From Erysipelotrichaceae bacterium (GTDB taxonomy: Bacteria > Bacillota_I > Bacilli_A > Erysipelotrichales > Erysipelotrichaceae): a stretch of DNA of 32,000 nucleotides. Below the pieces are notes generated by a model, which had not been told where the DNA came from, made no database searches, and saw only the letters and a program-made list of their open reading frames with translations. Position numbers and translations under genes: made by a program. Of the stretch, positions 24,897 to 32,000 are shown one piece after another. The stretch lies in contig OY760660.1 in assembly GCA_963663995.1 (NCBI GenBank), positions 240,001 to 272,000 on the forward strand, given 5' to 3'. The first letter of the stretch is position 1. Each line of letters starts with the position of its first letter.

Positions 24897-25608
24897 ATAT
24901 ATCAAACGAGTATTAAAGGAAATCTATTTCACCTTTGATCGTAAAAAAATTAAAAAAGAACTTATGGATCATATGGAAGACTTGGAGCAAGATTTCCTAA
25001 GTTCAGAGCTTGATGTTGAGAAAAGAGAAAAACTAATCTGTGAGGAGATGGGTGATCCTACAGTTATAGGCAAAGTTCTTAATCAAATTCATAATCCATG
25101 GCTAGGTTATCTATGGCTTATTTCAAGGATTCTAATGCTTTGTTTAATATTTTATTCAGCCAGTTATTTTGGAACAACCTATGCTCAAAGAAGTTTGTAT
25201 TCAACAATTAATGACGATTCAAATTTGATAATGAGTGACGTTGTTCATACTGAAGTTCTTCAAGACTATAATGTTCATGAAGTTTTTATGCTTGATGACT
25301 ATAAAGTTATTTTCGAACGAATTTTTATAACGGATAAGCAACAATTAGTCTTTTTAATACAAGATATTCGACCACTAAATTTACTTAAACCTTACACTAT
25401 TAATCATGAGTTTTATGCTTATTCTTCTATAGAACTTGCTGATAACATCATCATTAAGCCAGACGCCACTTATTTGTTTGAATTATATCAAAGCTACTTT
25501 GTAGTTCGCTTTGATATTACTGGATTAAATACAGATGAATTTATTTTTATGTTTGAACAAGGAGTACATAAGTTTCAATTTAATTTTAATCAGGGGGATA
25601 TACAATGA
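24874..25608 (+). CDS. PadR-associated membrane protein (DUF1700/HAAS-like N-terminal domain)
   Basis: N-terminus YIKRVLKEIYFTFDRKKIKKELMDHMEDLEQDF...EEMGDPTVIGKVL, then a TM segment and an extracytoplasmic domain. This architecture is typical downstream of padR. Overlaps the padR 3' end. Confidence 0.55.
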   Translation: MTSQNKSEYIKRVLKEIYFTFDRKKIKKELMDHMEDLEQDFLSSELDVEKREKLICEEMGDPTVIGKVLNQIHNPWLGYLWLISRILMLCLIFYSASYFGTTYAQRSLYSTINDDSNLIMSDVVHTEVLQDYNVHEVFMLDDYKVIFERIFITDKQQLVFLIQDIRPLNLLKPYTINHEFYAYSSIELADNIIIKPDATYLFELYQSYFVVRFDITGLNTDEFIFMFEQGVHKFQFNFNQGDIQ

Positions 25609-26981
25609 AACGATTTTACAAATTAATTATTAATATTCTAGTAATCTTTACACTTATTACCCTGGTGCTTTATTCAAAGGGGTATCGATTAAGTGCTGAA
25701 TCTGCATCCAAAATATTCGTGGAAAAAAACTTCTTAAATTCATCAACACTTATTGATAAGGTAATGATCGATAATTATGGTATATTTTTGTATCAACAAG
25801 AAAATGTACGTGCTTGTAGTGTGGTAGAAAAGAAATTCTATTTATGGAAAGAAAATACATATAACGTAAACGAAGCTAATTTTGGTAACTTCACATATGA
25901 TATAGAACAATACCAAGGTGAAGATTTAGATTACATGGATGATCAATGTTTAAGTGCTTATGATATTTACTACAATACTGATTTAAAAGACAAAATGAAA
26001 ATCAAAAATATTGTGGAAGCATATGATAACCCCTTTATAAATAGTCCGATCGTATATCAATTAATAAATAGGGTCGAACTTGGAAAATATCAAAACGAAG
26101 ATGAATTTGACGAGAATCTGACTTTAAAAGAATATCAAACAAACATTTATAAGAAAAATATGGTTACTGTTGATGAAAACTTTGGATTATCTTATGGTAC
26201 TGCCTACCTTGATAATTCAATATATTTACAAGTTGTTTTAAAAGACGTCAATTTAATGATATCAATTTCTTACACTTTTGATTATGCGAACATGGATCAG
26301 GTATCCGTAAAAGAAGCATATACTTTTAAAGATCAGTTGACACAAAAACTGAGTGATTATTTCATATCACAAAATGATAAAGCATTTTTTGAATCACTTG
26401 AAGATAAAGAGATGTATGGAATATTTAATGAATTCAATCGTTCCGTGGGATTAGCAGTCACAAATATTCAATATAATATTTGGTTTCAAGAGGGTGATTA
26501 TGAAAATAGTTCAGAAATGATAGTTGTTGATACAAAAGAAAAATATGCTGAATATTCTGGTTTATTGCTGGTAGAATCAGATTTGGATTTTAATCAAATT
26601 ATGGAATCAAATTATTCTGACTTAATGGATTTATATGGTTTTGTGGATTTATTAATTGAGTCTTCTGATAAACAATTGATTCAGATTAGAAGAAATGATT
26701 TTGTAAAACTGATAGAAGACATTGAAGTCGATGAAAAGGCATATCTTACTGTCGGTATATTTGCCTATTATGCTTCTGATTTTGAAACATTGTTAAATAC
26801 ACCTGATTTATTAACTGAAATAAAAAGAGTCGCTAATGAGGTTTATGAGCCAGTTGATATGATTGAAGATGTTAGAGCAATGCAAGAAAAATTAAATTTT
26901 GCTTTAGCAGATCATTTTGGAATCAATAGAAACAGAATGAGAGTTATAATTACAACTTTTGTTCAAGACTTCCCTGGATGA
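25605..26981 (+). CDS. N-terminally membrane-anchored protein of unknown function
   Basis: 458 aa with a single N-terminal TM (LIINILVIFTLITLVLY). Start overlaps the upstream stop (ATGA). No family recognised. Confidence 0.5.
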   Translation: MKRFYKLIINILVIFTLITLVLYSKGYRLSAESASKIFVEKNFLNSSTLIDKVMIDNYGIFLYQQENVRACSVVEKKFYLWKENTYNVNEANFGNFTYDIEQYQGEDLDYMDDQCLSAYDIYYNTDLKDKMKIKNIVEAYDNPFINSPIVYQLINRVELGKYQNEDEFDENLTLKEYQTNIYKKNMVTVDENFGLSYGTAYLDNSIYLQVVLKDVNLMISISYTFDYANMDQVSVKEAYTFKDQLTQKLSDYFISQNDKAFFESLEDKEMYGIFNEFNRSVGLAVTNIQYNIWFQEGDYENSSEMIVVDTKEKYAEYSGLLLVESDLDFNQIMESNYSDLMDLYGFVDLLIESSDKQLIQIRRNDFVKLIEDIEVDEKAYLTVGIFAYYASDFETLLNTPDLLTEIKRVANEVYEPVDMIEDVRAMQEKLNFALADHFGINRNRMRVIITTFVQDFPG

Positions 26982-27415
26982 TTTAAAAATTGATCGAGTA
27001 TCATAATCTCTAGGAATGTATTTACAAGCACAACAAATCGCTGGTTCATAACTGGTGAACTAATAATTATTTCATTGTAAATGAACTAAATTCATTTATT
27101 ATCTAGTTATAAATACTCAGTTATTTAAGGTTTATTTACTTATACAAGATGTATAGGTAAGACCATTTTTTTTCATTACTCTGTAAGCTATTTTAGAAAT
27201 CTTATTGATTATATTAAAATTATATTGACCGTATATTTATTTTGGAAATGTTATAAATAGCTGTTTCACATTGGCTAATAAATACTAATTCATACTTTAT
27301 TAGAATAAAATGACTTTTTGTTTTTTATAAACATTAATTTAATGATAGAATTGAAATAGAGATTATTTGTAATTACAAATATTGTTTGAATTAAGATAAG
27401 TGGGGGACTTATAAA

Positions 27416-28180
27416 ATGTGGTCGAGATCAGAAGTTAAGAAGTATGCTAAGGACTTTTTAAAAGGAAATTATTGGAAAGCCTTTTTTGTTATTTTTATTG
27501 GGACTATTTTAGCAAATGGATATGATTTAGTATCAAGTACAAATGGAATATTTGATTTACAAATCAATATTCAATATATATTGGGACAACAAATTGATGC
27601 ACCAATTAGAACGGATGAATACTTCCAATTATTTGGGACTTTATTGAATCAATTTAAACCCTATGCATTTTTTGGTTTAGGAATTATTACCCTATCTTCA
27701 CTGGTGATTACGATTGTTGTAATTTTAGCTGGAAGTATTTTAAATGTTGGCATTAAAAAGTTCTTTATTGATGGTTTTGAAAAGGATATTAATATCAATA
27801 AATTATTCTTTGGATTCAATTTAAAAGATTACATACCTATCATAAAGGCACAACTTTTATCAACGCTTTATATTATTTTGTGGACATTATTTTTTATTAT
27901 TCCTGGATTAGTAAAAATCTATCAATATCGATTTGTACCGTATATTTTAGCTGAAGATACAAGTTTAGGTGCTAAAGAAGTATTAAAGAAAAGTAAAGAA
28001 ATAACGAATGGACAAAAAGCGAAAATGTTTATCTTAGATCTTTCATTTTTTCCATATTATGTTTTGAATCTTATCACTTTTGGTTTATCAAGTTATTTCG
28101 TTGAACCCTATATTCAGGCAAGCTTCGCTCATCTCTATAAAATACTGTCTAATGATCAAGATGGATTATTATCTGATTAA
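27416..28180 (+). CDS. DUF975 family membrane protein
   Basis: The N-terminus MWSRSEVKKYAKDFLKGNYWKAFFVIFIG and multi-TM layout match my recollection of DUF975. GTGGGGGA RBS upstream. Confidence 0.55.
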   Translation: MWSRSEVKKYAKDFLKGNYWKAFFVIFIGTILANGYDLVSSTNGIFDLQINIQYILGQQIDAPIRTDEYFQLFGTLLNQFKPYAFFGLGIITLSSLVITIVVILAGSILNVGIKKFFIDGFEKDININKLFFGFNLKDYIPIIKAQLLSTLYIILWTLFFIIPGLVKIYQYRFVPYILAEDTSLGAKEVLKKSKEITNGQKAKMFILDLSFFPYYVLNLITFGLSSYFVEPYIQASFAHLYKILSNDQDGLLSD

Positions 28181-28482
28181 AGGTATACAAGGAAAAAAAC
28201 TATGAAAATATTTAATGTTCTATAATTTTTAATGTTTATTTATCTAATCGTATTAGTTTTAGTTAATGCTATGTAATCAAAATTCTTTAATTTAATAAAA
28301 AAGATCTATTTCGCATAAATTTAAGAGGATTTTCGAGTACTTGTAAGTTTTTCGTTTTGATTCTATGATTAAATTTCTTTTAATTCAATGAATTTATGAA
28401 AACAATAGTAAAGTGTATTTTGAATTATGGTTTTAAAATCGGAAGTATCAGTTTTATCTATTCAATAAGAAAAGGAAAAGTT

Positions 28483-28887
28483 ATGGTATCAAGTGTTGAA
28501 AATTTAGATTTTATTAATGGATTTGATAGTATTTTTTCAACAGCTAGTATTTTTGTAGGTTTAGGTTTTATTATCGTATTTTCAATTATTATTTTTAGAA
28601 TCACTAAAGGACTAATAGTTTTCATTAACAATAACAATTCTCCTATATTGGAAGTAAGAGCTAAGATTATTGATAAACGAGGTGATGTTTCAATTTATCA
28701 TCATAATAATGGTTCTGGTCATATTAGTAACTCTAGCAGTACAACATACTATATCAGTTTTGAATTAAATACAAATGAAAGACTAGAGTTAAAAGTTCCC
28801 AAAGATAAATATGGTTTATTAATCTGTGGCGATTGTGGAACTTTAAAATATCAAGGAACTCGATTTTTGTCTTTTGACAGAGAATAA
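28483..28887 (+). CDS. DUF2500 family protein
   Basis: N-terminal TM, then VRAKIIDKRGDVS...TYYISFELNTNERLELKVPKDKYGLLICGDCGTLKYQGTRFLSFDR, the DUF2500 pattern. The ORF-track start at 28396 is less likely than Met 28483. Confidence 0.55.
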   Translation: MVSSVENLDFINGFDSIFSTASIFVGLGFIIVFSIIIFRITKGLIVFINNNNSPILEVRAKIIDKRGDVSIYHHNNGSGHISNSSSTTYYISFELNTNERLELKVPKDKYGLLICGDCGTLKYQGTRFLSFDRE

Positions 28888-28906
28888 TTATTTAGGACGA
28901 TTTATT

Positions 28907-29473
28907 ATGCGGAAATTGAACCCTATTTTATTAAGTATTTATGAATTTATCGTTTTATTTTTTTTACTAAATAGTTTTGATCGGTTTATGTCTAATATAA
29001 ATTCTTTTTATTTTAATCATGATGTTTTATTCTTTGATTTGGGTTTGTTAATTATTGGTTTTTTTATAGTTGTATCTTATTTAAAAAAATATAATCTAAT
29101 TCCGATAATTCTTATAATTTTGGTTTATAGTCAACTGTTATTTATTTACAACATAGCATTAGACAAAGTCATAAATTTTAAAGATATATTCCTGGTTGAT
29201 TGGGGTTATATCAATTTTATTATTCTATTAATATCTGTAGTCGTAAATATATTAATTTCAAGGTTGAAAACTAATAAATATAAGTTACTTAAAACAATAA
29301 ATGCTATTATTATCATTGTTTGTACTCTTTTATATACCGCTAATATGGGGTACTTTGCTGATGAATATAGAAACTTAAGAGCGAGTGGATTAAATATGAA
29401 TCTTACATGGAATATTTTGATTTTTTCTATTTTAAATGTTAATCAATTTTCTAAATATAGAGTTTTCAAATAA
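28907..29473 (+). CDS. Polytopic membrane protein, unknown function
   Basis: About 5 TM segments. ATG at 28907 (MRKLNPILLS); the ORF-track start at 28874 is a TTG overlapping the upstream gene. Confidence 0.45.
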   Translation: MRKLNPILLSIYEFIVLFFLLNSFDRFMSNINSFYFNHDVLFFDLGLLIIGFFIVVSYLKKYNLIPIILIILVYSQLLFIYNIALDKVINFKDIFLVDWGYINFIILLISVVVNILISRLKTNKYKLLKTINAIIIIVCTLLYTANMGYFADEYRNLRASGLNMNLTWNILIFSILNVNQFSKYRVFK

Positions 29474-29820
29474 TCATAAGTGAAAATCTTAGGTGATTTT
29501 GTTGATGAATATTGCAACTTAAAGAATTTGCTTTATATATTTTATTTAAATTATTTCTTAAAACTCAGATTTTTGATTTAAAAAGTAAGTATCAACAATG
29601 CTGAGTTTTGGCTAGATTATTTATGTTTTTATAGTATTGTGAAATATTGAAATATAAAAATTGCAAAATTATTAAGCCCATTTTTCATGAAATTTTTCTA
29701 GCAATAAATAATTAACATCAATAATTAAATAATATTTTAATATTAAAGTACTTATCTATTTACTTTAAATATTTCCTCTTATATATTTATAATTAGTAAT
29801 AACAAATTTCGGAGGGTGTT

Positions 29821-30064
29821 ATGTTAATAATTTGGGGAAGTAGAATTTTTCACAAGATTTTAGGGAGAACGCAAAACAGAATTACTTGTGGAAATTGTGG
29901 CAATGAAAATTGGTTTGAAGTGTTAAAAAAGAACTAAGTGGTTTACTGTGTTTTTTATCCCAATTTTTCCGTTTAGTTTTAAACATTTTGTTAGTTGTCC
30001 TATTTGTGATAGAGGTAAATACATTTCTGAGACTGAGGCACATCAACTAATTGAATTACCTTAA
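29821..30064 (+). pseudogene. Zinc-ribbon small membrane protein gene interrupted by a frameshift in an A6 tract
   Basis: Frame A gives MLIIWGSRIFHKILGRTQNRITCGNCGNENWFEVLKKN*, with the stop at 29935-29937. The +1 frame from 29930 continues RTKWFTVFFIPIFPFSFKHFVSCPICDRGKYISETEAHQLIELP*. Joined, they give a CxxC...TM...CxxC protein. The shift lies in AAAAAA at 29925-29930. Neither half is in the ORF track. Confidence 0.6.
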
Positions 30065-30164
30065 GAATTATGATCTACTTTGCTTTATATTCTTTTTATC
30101 AAAATTATGACAAATAAGTATTTGAATAAAATGAAGTGATACAAGTTGATAGCATATTCTATTC

Positions 30165-30205
30165 AAAAAAGGAGTAATCATTTATAGTTTGATTGCTCCT
30201 TTTTT
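30165..30205. terminator. Bidirectional terminator between convergent genes
   Basis: AAGGAGTAATCA (30169-30180) pairs with TGATTGCTCCTT (30190-30201) with one mismatch. An A-run lies upstream and a T-run downstream. Confidence 0.6.
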
Positions 30206-30224
30206 ATGGTCGTTTATAAAATAA

Positions 30225-32000
30225 CTATGATTCTTCTATAACGTCACTAGCATCACCAACGATAAATGGCAATGTAGTACTTAATTTCTTACCTGTTTCA
30301 GTCACTTGACTGACTTTGATGCTCATACCATCAGTAAGTTCTGCACCTGTTACGATTAGAGTATTTTCATCTAAAAATATGGTGTCTTTTAGTTTTCCAT
30401 CAAAGTAAACTTCACTCCACTTAGTAAAGTTCTCGCCTTTAACAAATATAGCTTCACCCATTGGTTCAGCATTTGTAATAGTAATCTCTTTTACGCCCAT
30501 TACCATATCCTTTTTCAAATAAGGATTTATTCCATTATAGACATCTTTATTACCGTAGAGCATATCGTATTGAAGAAGTTCAAGTTCTGTTTCATAGTCT
30601 TGACTATCAGCCATTTCTTGATGATATTTGTTTAATAATCCATTGGTGTAACCAAGACGACCCATCACAACAGATCCAAGTTGGTAAGCATTATAATCCT
30701 GTTGAATACGTTCTAAACCAATGTTGTCCCAGATAACATATTCTGTTTGAAAAGGTGATCCACTAAAGAGATCTTCTTCAGTTATATCAAGGGTAGGGAG
30801 ATGATCACCATAGAAAACAACTACCACTGGTTCGTTATAATTTTCTAAGCTCTCTATTAATTCACCCACAAAGGCATCTTCTTCGTGAATTTGATTTACA
30901 TAATAAAGGTATTTGTAATAAGTAGCCTCTTTTAAGGTAAATACATCTTCTGTTGTACTGCTTGTAATTTCAGGAGTTATAGGGGTAATAACAGATTCTA
31001 AATTATTCATTGGTGGAATAGATGAAGCTGCATAAATTTCTATTTGTGGATTCTCAATGACCGGATAGTCTGGATACTTTCCATGGGATTGTACTGTAAC
31101 TGTAAAGATAAAATCTTGTTCCTCTGTAGATTCAAGTGTACTCATGATTTCAGGGACAAGAATACTATCATCAGCCCAACCTAGTTCATTATATTCAACA
31201 TTATTCATATACTCTATCGATGTAAAACCATCGAAACCTAATTTAGGATAAACAGAATGACGAGAATAAAATGTTCCCATATTGTTATGGATTGCTTGGC
31301 TGTGATAGCCCAATTCTGAAAGATCATAGGCATAACTTTCAACCGTTGATTCAGATAGTATAGTTTTATATGGATATTCACCTGCGCCAAAATAATCTAG
31401 ATTCATACCTGTTATAATTTCAAACTCAGTATTGATAGTTCCTGCACCAATTGAAGGTACGGTAACATAGCCTGAAGAATAGTTTTCACGTAAGGCTGTC
31501 ATGTTAGGAATGGGATCTTCACTAAAGCTTAGTGCTTTTATACGTTTAGCATCAAAAAAAGATTCTAGTTGAACGAAGATAATGTTGGGGATATCATTAG
31601 GATTTTTATTGATATTTTCAGTTGTATCAACTTGAACATCATTCATTGAATTAATGACTGAATTGACACGGTCAGTTGAATAGCTATCAGGTTTATTAAT
31701 GCCTTTATCCACGACACTGGTCGCAAAACTATAGGCTAAACCATAATCAATATAAGCATCAGCAATATTACCGAAGTTAGTTGAAACATTTCCTGTAGCT
31801 TCAGCCCAGCTAAAACTGCTCAGCATAATGACAAAGGACAGCGTAGTGCTAACAAAAGCATGTATTGGATTCCATTTTGTACGAGGCATTTTTATACCTA
31901 TAATGACTATCAACAAAACAACAATCAATACTGCGACGAAAAACAGTGATAATTCGAAGAAATTTAAATAACGACCAATGACTGTGAATACGGATGTCAA
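30225..32000 (-). CDS. LTA synthase family (LtaS-like sulfatase-domain) protein, N-terminus outside the window
   Basis: TM segments followed by the sulfatase/alkaline-phosphatase-superfamily motifs IIFVQLESF and GAGTINTEFEIITG (catalytic Thr region), plus YGDHLP. The frame runs off the window end, so the ORF-track Met is an artefact of a TTG at the edge. Confidence 0.75.
   Translation of the reverse strand: MTSVFTVIGRYLNFFELSLFFVAVLIVVLLIVIIGIKMPRTKWNPIHAFVSTTLSFVIMLSSFSWAEATGNVSTNFGNIADAYIDYGLAYSFATSVVDKGINKPDSYSTDRVNSVINSMNDVQVDTTENINKNPNDIPNIIFVQLESFFDAKRIKALSFSEDPIPNMTALRENYSSGYVTVPSIGAGTINTEFEIITGMNLDYFGAGEYPYKTILSESTVESYAYDLSELGYHSQAIHNNMGTFYSRHSVYPKLGFDGFTSIEYMNNVEYNELGWADDSILVPEIMSTLESTEEQDFIFTVTVQSHGKYPDYPVIENPQIEIYAASSIPPMNNLESVITPITPEITSSTTEDVFTLKEATYYKYLYYVNQIHEEDAFVGELIESLENYNEPVVVVFYGDHLPTLDITEEDLFSGSPFQTEYVIWDNIGLERIQQDYNAYQLGSVVMGRLGYTNGLLNKYHQEMADSQDYETELELLQYDMLYGNKDVYNGINPYLKKDMVMGVKEITITNAEPMGEAIFVKGENFTKWSEVYFDGKLKDTIFLDENTLIVTGAELTDGMSIKVSQVTETGKKLSTTLPFIVGDASDVIEES

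Noticed and set aside
29571-29609. Hairpin AAAACTCAG...CTGAGTTTT as a terminator for the 28483-29473 genes
   Set aside because: The 9-bp stem has a ~21-nt loop and only a short T-run, so it is not convincing as an intrinsic terminator.
1-32000. CRISPR arrays, rRNA genes, transposase/IS elements, and alternative genetic code (TGA as Trp)
   Set aside because: There are no arrays of 25-40-bp repeats with unique spacers; the only tandem repeats are 8-11 bp. No transposase-like ORF or terminal inverted repeats were seen. TGA terminates conserved genes (guaB at 298-300, the orphan RHS at 15640-15642) and Trp is encoded by TGG.

Overview
AT-rich Firmicutes-type chromosome segment using the standard code (TGA is a stop, Trp is TGG). 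Bases 1-5932 are core genome: the guaB 3' end, guaA, small DUF309, NTF2-like, GNAT and DUF1801 genes, alr, a small membrane protein, and a six-tRNA operon (Val-Thr-Tyr-Gln-Lys-Gly). From tRNA-Gly(TCC) to 24427 lies an accessory region of about 18.5 kb. It is bounded and subdivided by five same-orientation copies of the 17-bp tRNA-Gly 3' end (TCCCATCATCCGCTCCA), each followed by a terminator hairpin. I read this as tandem accretion of four islets at one att site. Islet 1 (5916-17390) carries an intact tyrosine integrase. It also carries a 5'-truncated RHS/YD-repeat polymorphic toxin with a WHH-type HNH nuclease tip and an immunity gene, an orphan RHS C-terminal cassette behind a 0.84-kb direct repeat with a different (TNT-like?) tip and its own immunity gene, and scars of older cassettes. 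Islets 2-4 (17391-24427) have no integrase and share conserved arms containing CTGGGTCAC repeats. Islet 2 carries two polytopic membrane proteins. Islet 3 carries an HTH+TPR (RNPP/Rgg-like) regulator divergent from an unannotated 19-codon hydrophobic peptide ORF, followed by a secreted amidase-domain protein and a small membrane protein. Islet 4 is a paralogue in which a deletion leaves only the regulator's HTH, the peptide ORF is retained, and the secreted cargo is different. Core genome resumes at 24.4 kb with a PadR operon, DUF975 and DUF2500 membrane proteins, a frameshifted zinc-ribbon gene and a partial LtaS-like gene. All family assignments come from motif recognition by eye and none was checked against a database.
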